DNA of 62,613 nt, counting the filler, from Circinaria calcarea (taxonomy: Eukaryota), in NCBI GenBank assembly GCA_051942165.1. It is 12 parts of 12 records of this genome, joined end to end, with 100 filler letters (N's around TTAATTAATTAA, not from the genome) between each part and the next. Parts side by side here need not be neighbours in the genome. Positions count along the whole stretch, not along the records: positions 47,055 to 52,176 come from JAVECS010002035.1; positions 52,277 to 57,395 come from JAVECS010002036.1; positions 57,496 to 62,613 come from JAVECS010002037.1; 9 more parts are not named here. The stretch is one strand, 5' to 3'. Under the pieces are notes generated by a model. It searched no databases. It had not been told where the DNA came from and worked only from the letters and a program-made list of their open reading frames with translations. Within the stretch, counting starts at the first letter, position 1. Every line of letters begins with the position of its first letter. This document shows, one piece after another, positions 50,558 to 62,613 of this stretch. The position numbers and the translations under genes are program-made.

Positions 50558-50924
50558 TGTAAGGGCGCTGCAATCCTTGGGGCCTATTGAGGAATATGAT
50601 AAATCCCGATTGGTGATAGCACGGTTACATAGGGTGTAGTTGAACTGTTGCCCTAGGCTTAATACATAAAGGAATATATTGAACTCGTTATGGTTCTATA
50701 AACATGCTATTCTAATGAGCGCCGAATAGCCTGTCTATATATTATGGTTGCTCCCTTTGCTCCCGTTGCTCCCATCCTGATTATAGTAAGCAACACGCGA
50801 GCTTCCTATGCTCCCCATGGTTACACAAGTCATCATCGTGAGCAACCCCGGAGTTCGGTCCCTATGGCCCCGAGACCTTACCCCATTAGTCCTTAGTGCA
50901 TGTCATGGTGCTGGCGCCATAACA
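50558..50924 (-). mobile_element. Solo LTR (367 bp) with CCCCC flanks
   Basis: TGT...ACA termini with CCCCC on both sides (possible TSD). Internal TGCTCCC repeats resemble those in LTR 45629-46005 read on the opposite strand. Confidence 0.7.
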
Positions 50925-51011
50925 CCCCCCTTTCTCTCGGGATTAAGAATAAAAAAAAAGCCCGCCTCGAGCTAAACAAACAGCAAGGGCGTGTTTATTT
51001 AAATCAACCTA

Positions 51012-51045
51012 CCATACCCATACTCATACCCATACCCATACCCAT
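51012..51045. repeat. (CCATAC)n microsatellite
   Basis: About 5-6 imperfect hexamer copies. Confidence 0.8.
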
Positions 51046-51572
51046 GATACGAACTAACCAGGGGTAATTTTCCCATCCGAGAAAAAAAAAGGGGGGAGGG
51101 GCGGGGTTCGAGAAGGTACAAAGAATCCTCTAACGGGAATGAAAAAACCCCTTCCCCCCCCCAAAAAAAAGATTCTGCGCGGCCCGGAGAGTGGGAAAAG
51201 TGGAAGTAAGCAAGCAGAAGCACAGATGGCGTTGTATGAAGCTGTGAATCTGGTTTATGCTGTTGATGCAAGGATGAAAAACACGGAGTAAGCTTTTTTT
51301 TTCCAAGTCATGGGCCATGGCGGATGGGGCATTTCGACATATAGATACGGCAAAAGGGCTATCGTATGAACTTAAATGTACCCCCTTAATGCTGCAACTC
51401 CTGAAAATGCACATTGATGACGCCTCGCATGCGAAAACCGCTCATCACTCACCGTTCACCGTCCCATAACCCAATAAAGGAGCCCCTCGCTGCAGACGCT
51501 AATGGACCATGACATGCAAGTACAAAATCCCGCGGGTGAAGGTATGCAGTTCTTTAACTTATAGTAGACCTA

Positions 51573-52176
51573 TCAACCAGCCTGCCCATTATAAGCACCC
51601 GCAAAATCCAACTGCCCAATCTGCCCCTGAATCAGATCAACCTCCCTGCTCAGATCCTGTACGTTCTGCGACAAACTGCTGACTTCATCAAACTTTCTCC
51701 GTTTATTAGCATCAGCAATCATTTCCCCGACAAAGAACTTTTGCTCTTCCAACACAATCAGACGGTCACGAAGGGATTTTTCTTCTGCTTCCATGGCAGA
51801 TACTGCACTGCTGCTACTTGCTTGCGACGAGGCGTCAATATCATTGTACTTGATGGCCGTGAGAGCATTGACTGGTCGACCATTTGGAGTGGAGTGACCG
51901 TTTGGGACGGCACCGTGTGGGGATGCGTGTTTGAGGACTTTGGGAAGGGTTTTCAAGGGAAGCATGTGGAGATGGAGGAAGTTTGTAGCTTGTTGATAGA
52001 TGGCTTTTTGCAGCTTCTTCTGTGTATCTGACGTGGATGGGAGATCCCGGATTCGCCGAGCTGCAACATCATATTGTGCAAAAGAATCCATCAATCGCTT
52101 TCGGATCTTTGAAGCATCCGCAAGCTGTGCCGATGTTGGCGCTTTATCTGGGTCTCTGTGATAACCCTAAGCTAAT
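51573..52176 (-). CDS. PEP7: Pep7/Vac1 (rabenosyn-5-like) C-terminal fragment
   Basis: FLHLHMLPLKTLPKVLK and the Rab-binding hairpin LIVLEEQKFFVGEMIADANKRRKFDEVSSLSQNVQDL. Confidence 0.85.
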
Positions 52177-52276
52177 NNNNNNNNNNNNNNNNNNNNNNNN
52201 NNNNNNNNNNNNNNNNNNNNTTAATTAATTAANNNNNNNNNNNNNNNNNNNNNNNNNNNNNNNNNNNNNNNNNNNN

Positions 52277-52588
52277 CCAGACCGTAATCCCATCATCTCC
52301 GTCTCCACGGGCAATATAGGGTTCCGCAAAGCCGGGAGAGGCACTTATGATGCGGCCTACCAGCTTGGTTCATACGTGATGGGGAGGATCCAAGACCAGG
52401 GGCTGATGACAGAAATCGTGACGCTAGAGTTGGTGCTGAGGGGGTTTGGACCGGGGAGGGAGGCCGTTACCAAGGTGCTGTTGGGAAGTGAGGGAATGGG
52501 ACTGAGGCCAAGGATCGTGAAGGTGACGGATAGCACCAGGCTAAAGTTTGGGGGGACAAGAAGTCCGAAGCCTAGGAGACTTGGCTAA
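52277..52588 (+). CDS. MRPS18: Mitochondrial ribosomal protein uS11m, C-terminal fragment
   Basis: STGNIGFRKAGRGTYDAAYQ, VLRGFGPGREA and DSTRLKFGGTRSPKPRRLG*. Confidence 0.9.
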   Translation, partial: PDRNPIISVSTGNIGFRKAGRGTYDAAYQLGSYVMGRIQDQGLMTEIVTLELVLRGFGPGREAVTKVLLGSEGMGLRPRIVKVTDSTRLKFGGTRSPKPRRLG

Positions 52589-53813
52589 GAGGTGGATGAG
52601 CAAGGCGAAGACGATGTATAGAGGGTCAAGACCCAAGCGAGTCGAGATACATATTGATTGCACAGCTACAACTGAGATAGTTGTGGTTCGGCTCTTCCAT
52701 TGTGATCCTCCGCGACATGAGACTTGACAGGGTGAGCTTAAGCCGAGGTGATCCACTCCAGTGAGGTTTACTTCTTATGCCAACTTACCTGTTTCCAGGG
52801 GCGTTTTGCTCTAATTCTGCGTTCAATGCTGCTCTGCGTTAAAAATCATCTTCTCTACAGTTCTTGATTTGGTTTATCACATTTTGGAACTTCCAATTTC
52901 AATCCGAACCATTCAGAGTAGTCGACTTCGATCTTCATCAGTAATCATGATATTTCGTCTCCTTAAACCTAAATATAGTCACATCTTACCGACCCCTAGT
53001 ACACAAGCTGCTTCGCAACAGACACCCTCAAGAATCAAACCGGCCCTTGCAATGGCGGATAACCGCCTCCCACATTCCTTCGCGCTACCATCAACCTGCT
53101 TCTTGTCCATCCGGGTATTCTAATGAATATATCGTCCTTGTATCATCCTTATGACTTGCCTGTACAGGTATAAGCACGCAATCCTAAGGTTTTCTACTCT
53201 GCATCAACCTTTGCTCTTTGTGAATTTCTGCCATTTCTTTTTTCTGGGAACCGTTGGTAACAGGCCTTCAGCGACATTCCTTGTGGAATATTGTCCTGGT
53301 GCTAGTTAGTTCTGTTGGGAATGTTCAGCGCTGATTAACTACTCGGCTTGGGAAAGTTTCCTGCCGATGTCTGATCGACATACGACACAAAACTCCAGGT
53401 GGATAGCTCGTGATTAGGTGAGAGGGAGGTCATGGTGGTGAATATGAAGAAGGGTTCGGAGTAAAGTGATCGGCACTCACTGACAGCATCTAGAATTTAT
53501 GGCATAGATTGAAGATGGAGATTGTGAAGGTTGCAGGGGATAGCCTGTTTATGATGATCGGACGGTAATCAGATTATGAGGCATTTTTGGTTACAAACAT
53601 CGAGTTGATCACAATCAGGGGCAAGTCTTTCGATTGGGATCCATTTCTCCGGTTGAGAAATTCGATTATACTATCCTGGACGGATATGCCATGGTTGAAT
53701 CATTAGATTTTTCTCTACTACCAAAAATTGTCATGTTATATACAGGCCTTTTTACAATCTCAATCTTCTGACATCATATCGGTATTCCCTCCTCCCTTTT
53801 CGCCCGCCACCGT

Positions 53814-55173
53814 TTACAAAATCTTCAACGGACACCCGCTTCCCTCGAAAATCGGATTCAATTTCCCAGCCGCCCAACTCATAACCGCCAACGGCAACTC
53901 CAGCACCCCACTTAGACTACTTGGCACATTATCCGTCGCCAACTGATATAGCAAGCACTTGATATCCGACGGACTCCCTACGAGCTTGCCCCCCTGAATC
54001 GCATTGCCGAAACTGCCCAGCAGGTTGAAATTGCCTGCCCCAGCATTCCCACCAAAGAGAACAGGGTGTGCCAGGTACAGCAAATTGATTTCCACCACGA
54101 CCAGGTCGGTGGTGTATGGCGTCACGCGGTTGTACCAATTCGGCGGGATTCTCTCCGCGTTGTTGAACGTGTAGCTTCCTTTTCCGTCGCTGGCGGCGCC
54201 GAAAAACGAAGACATGGTTGCGAGGTCCGGTATTCCCGCCGGTCCCAGCGAGGGGAAGAGTTCGTAAAGGAAAGTAGCCGCGCCATAGAGTAGGAGGGCT
54301 TTGGGTCCAAAGTAGAAATTGGGGTTCTGGGCAAGAGATTGCTGGTAGCGTTGATAGCGGTAGAGGGCCAGGTTGTCTCGATTAAAGTTTCCTTGGCAAG
54401 TCGACTGCATCATGCCGAAGAGGGTACCGTTGAAGCTGTAGTTATCGCCGGCTGCGAGGAAGTAGTCATTTCGCGTCAGGGACGTGTCCCCTTCGAATTT
54501 CTACCAAAGAGTGATTAGCGTGTCTGCAAAAACCATGAGGGTCAAAAGTGAGGCTGACATTGTGGCCGTTTAAACCTAGTTGACGGCCCAGGAGGGAGCC
54601 GGTGGCCGAGGTGCGGCTTGTAGCATCACAGCCAATCGACAGCTTTTGCGTTACAATGTCGCCGTCCATGGCCACGCCAAGGGTCGCTAGGATGACGGCC
54701 AAGTCGTAGCCGACGTTATAAAGATTCTGCTGAGCATCGACCAGCTCCGTGAAGGTAGTGATGCCGTCGTGACTGATGAACTATTCGAAGAGTTAGCTGA
54801 TTGAAACTGGCGTCTCGCCGCCTCGTCCCATCTGATATACATGATGGTTGGCGGCTGCATTCAAGCCCGGACAGGGCCCACGGATGTCATTTGGGCCGGG
54901 AGCTTCGAAAGCATGGGCGGTGTCCCCATCTGCAGGGACCTTGATCCCACCACGCTGCGTGCCTGGCAGTCCGTTCTTTGCACCCGTGTAGGGATATGTA
55001 GCTGAATAAGGAGCGGCGCCCGGGTGATTGGCATTGAAGGGGCAGCTTAATTGACGTTTCGTGTCTCGGGACCGCTTGGAGAGCAAAGACGAGTCAACCC
55101 CGGGCATATCGGCTACGAATGGAAATGCAATGGCCGGGCCCATGAGCAGGAAAAGGGACAGGAGGGGTGCCAT
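53814..55173 (-). CDS. Secreted heme-thiolate peroxidase / unspecific peroxygenase (long type)
   Basis: Signal peptide and KR pro-site, proximal motif DIRGPCPGLNAAANH, distal FEGDTSLTRND and C-terminal cysteines. Two introns. Confidence 0.92.
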
Positions 55174-56093
55174 CTCTGCACGACTCAAGCTGCCCAAGGA
55201 GGATGGACAAGGAAGGATGAACGGAGACGAAGCAAGCAGGCAAGAGGAGTGCGCATGTCTTATATTGGAGAGATTCCTCACGGACGGCCCTTACCTACAG
55301 ACCCTGACGCACATGGGTTCGGCCCCGGCTCGGGCAAAGTGAATGGTTCAATGCTCAATGCCAGTCCGACGTGAGGATTTAGAGCAAAGTATCACAGATG
55401 CTGAGTGCCTCGGTCGGTCTCCAGCTGATTGGCCATCTTTTACTCCAATTTGGTCGGCAGATAAAAACCGGGTTAGCCGAAGGCCGTCAGCCCTACCAAC
55501 CTACCAACCAGAGACCCCGTCACAGCTCCCCCGCTTTAGCGCCACCTCTTTGGGCAGTCTACCGAGGACTGTGAGCTTTAAAATCGGTGCTCGAGGAGTA
55601 GAGCGGCCAATGAAAGGAAAACGACTGCAACCTAATCCTCACTTCGGACTCTGGAAAAGGAAAATCGCAATGCAAACCCCGCATTGGCATTGACGAGTCT
55701 CGCCCAATCCGGGCTGTCCCGGGACTGCTCGGTTGGTTACACGGTACCCTGCATGGAGAAACACTCGGACCGCTCAAATCATTCGCCGAATACAAGCGGC
55801 TTATCAGATCGTACGACATATTGGAAGCAAACGTCGCGAGCATTCACGCCATTCATCCCCGTACGTGGGGTTTGAACGTCCATTGCAATCGAACCAAGAC
55901 TCTGTGGAACGTCGAAGGCAGCGATCGTAATACAACGCCGAAGAAGGAGCTTTACGTCATCGATTCGGATCTAAGGCACCGAAGGCGAGATTGGGACCGA
56001 ATCCCGTTGAGGCTGTCTTCCTGCTGGACGCACTTGTGCCATGTCCCACCCATCAGCACCGCCAGAATCCCCTTTCTGGGTCCTTTGGACTAT

Positions 56094-57395
56094 CTACGCC
56101 TTTGCTGCACCAGCTTTAACGAGGATGATATCGCCATCATCTAGGACATAGTCTTTCCCTTTGGTCATCACCTTACCGGCTGCCTTGACGGTCCCTTCGT
56201 CCCCTAGTTCCTTCAAGACGTCGAAGTTATAAACGATGCATTGGATGAAGGTCTTCTCAAAGTCTAGGTAGCGAGGTGTCAGTGAGGGAGCAGTCGATAC
56301 CAAGGCGTACACTTACCGCCATGAATGACGCCTGCAGCCTGCGGCGCTTTCGTGCCCTTCCGTATCGTCCATTGTCTGACTTCGTCGGCGCCAGTCGTGA
56401 AGAAGCTCCCGAGATGCATCATTTGCCTCATGGTGACTATTATCTTAGGTAAGGCGGACTTCGTGCCTAGTTTCTTACATTCCTCTTCTGCCTCCGCATC
56501 ACTGTCGAACCTAGTCAGGCGTTCCTCAAAGGAGATGGACAAGGGGATGATTGGATCTCCCGTCGCGTGCTCCTTGACCCATTCAGCAATCTTCGGTAGA
56601 TGTTTGTTCTTTTGTCGAATGTAATCTTTCTCACTAAGATTGACGAGATATACAACGGGCTTTGCTGTAAGCAGAAATAAAGGATTTATAACCTCGACCT
56701 AGTTTCCGAATAAGCTCTCGGCTCTAAATTAGGCGCGCGGATAAAGACGACAGGAAAGACAAGTATTTTCAGAGTTGGACTTTATCTCAGTACGGTCTCT
56801 ACGTGAGATTGTATATGAGGTCGTTCATAGAGCTGGGATTATATCGAGCTTGATAGCTCTTATTCATCATTTGGAAAGGAAAGGTCGTGTTGAGACTCAA
56901 GGAAAGCGAGCAGCTCATACCTCTTTCGGAGACCAGCTCTCTTTCCGCACATCTTTGCCATCCTTTAGCCATGCCAATATCTTCTCCACGGTCGCCTCTT
57001 CCTCCTTCAGTTTCTTCATCTCGAGGCTCTGACCTCCTCGTCGTGTCTGCTTCTTAAGATTTTCCAGAGCTTTTTCAACGAATTCAATGTCCTTGATCCG
57101 TAGCTCTTCGCTGATAATATTGAGATCTCGGATCGGATCTACATCACCCTCGACGTGAATAATCTCTGCATCATCAAAACATCGAACAACTTGGAAGATG
57201 GCATCTACGGCGCGGATGTGTGATAGGAAGGCATTTCCCAGACCGGCCCCAGTTGATGCGCCCCGAGTCAAGCCAGCAATGTCGTAGACCTTAAGATTGG
57301 CGGGAACCTGTGACTTTGGCTTGTAATGCTGGCAAAGCCAATCGAACCGTGCATCCGGAACGATCACCCGAGCCTCCTCAGGGTCAATTGTTGCG
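56094..57395 (-). CDS. OLA1: Obg-like ATPase OLA1/YchF; 5' truncated
   Basis: ATIDPEEAR, DIAGLTRGASTGAGLGNAFLSHIR, LLTAKPVVYLVN and the TGS domain FFTTGADEVRQWTIRKGTKAPQAAGVIH. Confidence 0.97.
56765..56875 (-). ncRNA. snR69: Box C/D snoRNA, snR69-like, in the OLA1 intron (56699-56920)
   Basis: Box C ATGATGA (56870-56864), box D CTGA (56772-56769) and D' ATGA (56828-56825). D' is preceded by the guide TAATCCCAGCTC, complementary to LSU rRNA GAGCUGGG(U)UUA. The D+5 rule points to the C of GAGC. Confidence 0.8.
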
Positions 57396-58416
57396 NNNNN
57401 NNNNNNNNNNNNNNNNNNNNNNNNNNNNNNNNNNNNNNNTTAATTAATTAANNNNNNNNNNNNNNNNNNNNNNNNNNNNNNNNNNNNNNNNNNNNCACAC
57501 ATGGATCATGGCTACCTTACATTCCTCTATATCAAACATCGCATTCGAAAAGCGTCTTGGCCTGAATCCGTGCGCGGTTTTGCTATCACAATATCCTCTG
57601 GAATCTCTATACTACAGAGAAGCATACATGCGGGACTTCCCTATACTTGCAAATAATCTCAATCTTCACATTCTCAATCATATTTCGATACTTGATAGAA
57701 TGATACCGTATCATGGTGGGATTTAGTTGGGAGCGTGCGGCATGAGTGGGCTTGGTGAGAAATCGGGTCCCTCCGGTCCATACGAAACCTACTTCTTCCA
57801 AGTGAAGTCTACCTTTGCAATCTGAATGCCGCATCCAGCACTTTCTAGATCTGGGCTGTTACGCTGTTGGCTAAAGTACGAGACCCTCCCGAATCCGGGC
57901 CCCCTGCTTCTACTGTATAGCTTCTGCTTGATGTCCCACGCTCATTCCACTTCTTGTAGATAGATGAGGTAGATTAGGTTAACAGTAACATTATCGTTGT
58001 TCGTGATTGACATTCAAGCTAACGGAATGTCAATAAACAATAAAAGCAATGGACTTTTGAGCTAGATCGAGCTCGGGTTTCATTAAACCAGTAGAGCAGA
58101 CAAAACCAAATACTTGAAACGCCGTCCTCTCGAAGGTCAGACAATTTCCCACCGATATCTTGCATTCATCGAAGAACTCCATCGGTCCTGACCAATGTCA
58201 CACTGCCATTTTGGGTTGTGGATTATCTCTTTATGAATGACGATCCTGTCCACACATCTTGAGGCATCACTCTTGATTAAAAGTCTCCTTCGTTGCCTGG
58301 GCTCTGCCTCCCCAAGATGGGCATTTGCGTGGAGACGGAAACGCATCGACCAGATCGACCTTTGGTAGGTTGTATATCTTTACGAGACACTATAATGAAG
58401 GTTCATCTTCGTCCGT

Positions 58417-59322
58417 TCAGAGCGCCGATGAAGGGCGCTGTATCCGCTGTATCTCCATGGCTACCCCTTCCCACTCGAACGGCCTCAAATAATTGGCCGG
58501 ATCCTCACTCAGCGCCGAGACTCCGGACTCGGCAGTGTGCCAGCTCGAAGTTTCTGACTGCCAATCGTGTTCGACGCGAAACTCGGGTTGTGGGAATGGA
58601 TCATCGAGGTCATCGTAGTCAAACATTGTGACTCCATGGATAGCCTCTTGGAAAATAGCCTCTCTCCGTTCGGGCTGCCTCTCCATGAGTGTACGGAACT
58701 GGGATCGAACTGGTGATAATTCGGATTCTGACCGGGCAGATCGTGGTGGAATGTAATTGTGCGTCGAACGAGACTCGAAGGATGATGAGTGACGGGTTTC
58801 GAACCCCTCGTCTTGTGCTATGAGCCACATTTGCTCATCGGGCATCCAGACCATGGGTAGGGCCGGGCCACCCCTATCTCGATCTCGATGCGGTTGAGAA
58901 ACGGACAGAGTGAGGTGAGGGGCGGACGTAAGATTACGTCGCTGCTGTATGGTAGGTGTATAGAGTGTGGCCTGGGGAGCTGTTCGTGCTCTCTTTATTC
59001 GGGAAAGGATGCAGCGAGGAGCATTAGCATCATCTCGTCTCTGAGCTATCTTTCTCCCGCACAGTGTCCTTTGTGGGAGCGGAGGTAAAGGCTTATTGAT
59101 AGAGACCCGAGGGACTGGTCGGTGAACAGCCCTTTGGTAGCCTGGCAATGGTATTTCTGCGTAATATCTTGGATAATCCAGTGGTTCATCATGATGTCCC
59201 GGGTGCGCGAGAGTGTCATTGGGGCCTCTTCGGTAAGCGGGTATTTCGGGAACGGTGAACTGATGGTTGTTTGGTGTTGGAGACACGGCGAAGAGTGAAA
59301 GATCAACTAGTCCCGTATCCAT
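58417..59322 (-). CDS. Hypothetical, largely disordered protein
   Basis: 301-aa intronless ORF with short motifs SINKPLPPLP and MVWMPDEQMWL. No function recognised. Confidence 0.65.
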   Translation of the reverse strand: MDTGLVDLSLFAVSPTPNNHQFTVPEIPAYRRGPNDTLAHPGHHDEPLDYPRYYAEIPLPGYQRAVHRPVPRVSINKPLPPLPQRTLCGRKIAQRRDDANAPRCILSRIKRARTAPQATLYTPTIQQRRNLTSAPHLTLSVSQPHRDRDRGGPALPMVWMPDEQMWLIAQDEGFETRHSSSFESRSTHNYIPPRSARSESELSPVRSQFRTLMERQPERREAIFQEAIHGVTMFDYDDLDDPFPQPEFRVEHDWQSETSSWHTAESGVSALSEDPANYLRPFEWEGVAMEIQRIQRPSSAL

Positions 59323-61361
59323 GGTGAAGCCTTGTGTTGCATTAATGTTTTCCTATGGAAGAGCATATGATGGACGTTTTGTTATAGATTCGGGGCCTTT
59401 GGCGTGTGCTGATGACAGTGGTGGCCTTGTTCTTCGGGCCAAACCAGTTTAGAAGAGGAGCTCTCTCGGCAGTGTGGTAGTAACAACACGAGTAAGCTTA
59501 GGTCAAGCACTTGCATGACAGAGCGCCAACTACCCGCCTGCAAAGGGCGGTGCCCTGCAGGGTGGCCTTCAGGGCCCGCCAGCGAAGCTGTTCTGTGCCG
59601 CACAGAAGCAGAAACGTCAGCAAGGTAGTCAAGGTGAGATATGAGAGAATTCAACCATGTTCAAGGAGGGGTGCAATGCTTTTTCTCAATCCTGGGAGCG
59701 TCCGATCTGCATCTGTTCTAGTATTTATAATTCAAAGCCATCAGATACCCGCAGTCTTGCGCCGTCCGCTACAAGTGCAACAAAATATGAATAGCCGGAC
59801 GCTTCCACGGCTATTACGCGTGTTAATGCAGAGGGAAAAAATTCGCAATGAAATCATGGAGAAGGCTGGAAGGCTGGACTGGGGGAGTTTCGAACGCAGC
59901 CCGTCAGCCTCGATGAAAAGGAAGCTCCGGTCGAATCTCGCCGCTAGGAGAGATGGCCGCATGAAACACGGAGCACTGACTGAGTAGATCAACGGAAATG
60001 AGTGAGAGGGGCGCTAGGCACTAATGATATTCATGACTGTGGAGAGCGGTAAGGGTTGAGATAACGCAGGACAAACAACAAGATGGGCAGGAGTATAGGG
60101 ACTCTTTTCCATCGATCATGGGTTTACCTTGACATGTTGGTGCTCCGACTCATTCGCTTGGAGTGGCCTGGGGCTGTGTGCTTTGGGAATTGCGGAGGCT
60201 GTGTCCAGCCGGAGATTTTGTGTGGGTCATTACCGCCCTGAACGATGGATGATTGGAGGCTTTGGAGATGCAGTCAGATATCTCGGTGGTGGGTGATGGA
60301 GTGTCGGAAATCATGGGAAAGGATGGTCAGGTTATCACTTGCAGCATCTGCAGTCCATTTGTACGGTGGGGACACGACTGTGAATGGATAAATGTGCGCT
60401 ACGCCCCTCAAAGGGACAGATTGTGCATTTGAGACTCGCCATAGCCCCAGACCATTGCGGCTCTCCCGCGGCATGGATCATGCTGATTGCCACCCCGTTG
60501 GCAGGTAAATTCAAAAGGGGTTCTTCACCTTCACCGTGTGGCAAACTCGCCTTGTCGCTTAGATTAGTATTGCCGTTGTCCCGTTCAAATACCCGAGAAT
60601 AACATGCAAAACGTCTCAACAATTGGGGGGTTTTGATTTATTTTGTTTATGCTCGGAAGATGTTAGGTAGGCCCGGAATAACAGTGTTCCCAGCCAATCG
60701 ATATCTCGTCTGCAAGGCCACCCCCGCCTGGCTTTACATAGTTCTATTGCACATCCACAACGGAGCTATGTTATGCTAGTGGAGCCCTTCTGGCCAATAT
60801 ACCGGCTTAAATTCTGCGCCAACAAGGTAGGCCTGCCACCTGGGTTTTACGATATCTGGTTTAGAACATCGGTGCCGGGCTACCGTGCATAACATTATTC
60901 TTACTAGAAAAAACAAAACCCCCCGAAAATTTTCACTATATTATGTAGTTGCGTAAAAATGGATCAGATTAGTCTCCGACGCAACACAATACGAGGCTTA
61001 CAAAGTACTTTGACGTAGGAAGGGAGAACAGCGCTGATGTATATCGACTGTTCTCACCATCACCATCAATCATCATTATGTCACATTTAGCTGAAGTTAG
61101 AATAAATATCATACAACGGGTACATGGTCATAGACCTTTGGAGGCACCACATTTATCTAATTAGTGCATTTATCTAACTAGTAGTGCTATGCACTAGAAT
61201 CTCGATCCAACAAAACTTGTAAGGCAGCCATGATTTTGGTTATCCACGCGCAGGAAATGCCTCAAAGATCCCTATTTGATACACCGAATACAGTCTTAAC
61301 ATCCACCTATGCTTTTCTAATGTTCAGGTCAAATGCAAGGGTATCATCACGACCGGCTGAT

Positions 61362-62187
61362 TTATGCAAAGAGAACGGCAGCAACTGCACCAATGCCAGC
61401 CAAAGTCATGGACGCACCGAAGGAGCTGGCCCGCCCAGTGAAAGGAGTAATTGGTGAACTAGTAGGTGGTAGGCCAGAAAAAGCACTAGAAAAATGAGCA
61501 TAAGATACGATTCAAGCAGTGTAGGATAATTTACCCAGTTCCGGACGCGACACCAGTTGAGGACGGGATACCAGGGATTACGGGAGCAGTGACAAAAGTT
61601 GGAGCAGCGCTGAAGGATTCAGACACAACAGCGCCAACAGTGACAGTCGAGAGGACGGTGGTGGGCACACACGTGCTGATTGTGATGACCGAAATCGATG
61701 GGGCAGAAGTAGCAGGAAGGGCTGCGTTGTTTGATGAGACCGATACAGCTACTGGAGAAGATGGGACAACTGAAGGAGCTGCGGAGGTCATGTTGTACGA
61801 TGCCGTTTCGGGAAGAGCAGCGACTGAAGTTGATTCGGAAGCGATCGGGTACGAAGTGGCAACAACAGCCGAAGAACTAGACGATGCGACAGAGATGACA
61901 GTGTACGTTGATGACTCAGCGACGGACGAGCTGGCAGCATTGGTGCTCACCACCGGGTAGGTTGTGGTAGAAATAACGGTCGACTCGGCCGGACAGCTCT
62001 TGACGTCGGTAGCACAGCTGGTAACAGTCACCTGTTGGGTTGTGTAGCGAGTGACTTCGACGGCGACGCTGGACGTGATGGGAGTGATGTATGGCGCTTG
62101 GGGTTGGCCGTCGCCGATTTGGGAGACGTAGGTCGTTGCAGTGGCAGCACCAACGAAGGCGGCAGCAATGGCAAATGAGTAACGCAT
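61362..62187 (-). CDS. GPI-anchored Ser/Thr-rich cell-wall protein with one PIR-type repeat
   Basis: Signal peptide MRYSFAIAAAFVGAATA, VSQIGDGQPQA, TVTSC...SCP and an intron, then PFTGGASSFGASMTLAGIGAVAAVLFA*. Confidence 0.88.
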
Positions 62188-62613
62188 CTTGTTGGATTGA
62201 TAATTTCTGAGCAAAGATGCTTCTAAGTTGAAGAGTTGGGAAGAGCACGAATTAAGAGAGTGTAATGAGTGGAATGACCGAAGTCGAAGCAAAAGGAAAC
62301 TGGCGCTTGAAATAAAGTCTCAAAGTGAGTGTCGAAGATGCTGTGTGTGTAGGAGGGTACTAACGCTTGGTCCTTATAACACGCCGGGAAATTACTGTCG
62401 GTTGGCAAGAGGAATAGGAGTTGCGTTAGCCCGGCCAATCCTATCTTAAATGACCACCCCGTCACGATTGGCGGAAGCATTGATTCGTTCGTCAAGGGTA
62501 AAAGGCAAGCTTGCAGGGTATGGATTACAACACTACTGCAGGTACGCTATAATTGGCCGTAGGGGATTCGCATTTTCAGCTATGCCGCCAGCAAATTGTA
62601 CCACAAGGACGTA

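Noticed and set aside
5134..57495. Regularly spaced TTAATTAATTAA motif, about every 5.2 kb, as a biological repeat or CRISPR-like array
   Set aside because: It is always centred in identical N runs and encodes stops in six frames, so it is an assembly linker.

Overview
This is filamentous ascomycete (Pezizomycotina-like) genomic DNA with spliceosomal introns. It is not one locus: it is 12 unrelated contigs of 5133-5118 bp, sorted by decreasing length and joined by an artificial 100-nt linker (44 N + TTAATTAATTAA + 44 N). Neighbourhoods are therefore meaningful only within a contig, and many genes are cut at the linkers. Housekeeping genes: a BRD8-like bromodomain protein, GCP3/Spc98, a mitochondrial carrier, ATP3, TOP1, a WrbA-like quinone reductase, a HELQ-like helicase, the complex I 51 kDa subunit, Pep7/Vac1, uS11m, and OLA1 with an intronic C/D snoRNA. 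Accessory genes: a Ppo/LDS dioxygenase-P450 fusion, a secreted M35-like HExxH protein, a HeLo-like/NACHT/ankyrin NLR, a HET-domain gene, a long-type unspecific peroxygenase, several secreted or surface proteins and a phytase pseudogene. There are also RIP-like transposon debris and solo LTRs. The strongest candidate novelty is a 98-aa ORF (17299-17595, minus strand) built like an insect-venom or frog-skin peptide precursor: signal peptide, 14 perfect X-Pro/X-Ala dipeptides, then a cationic amphipathic peptide. All calls come from motif recognition by eye; no searches were run.
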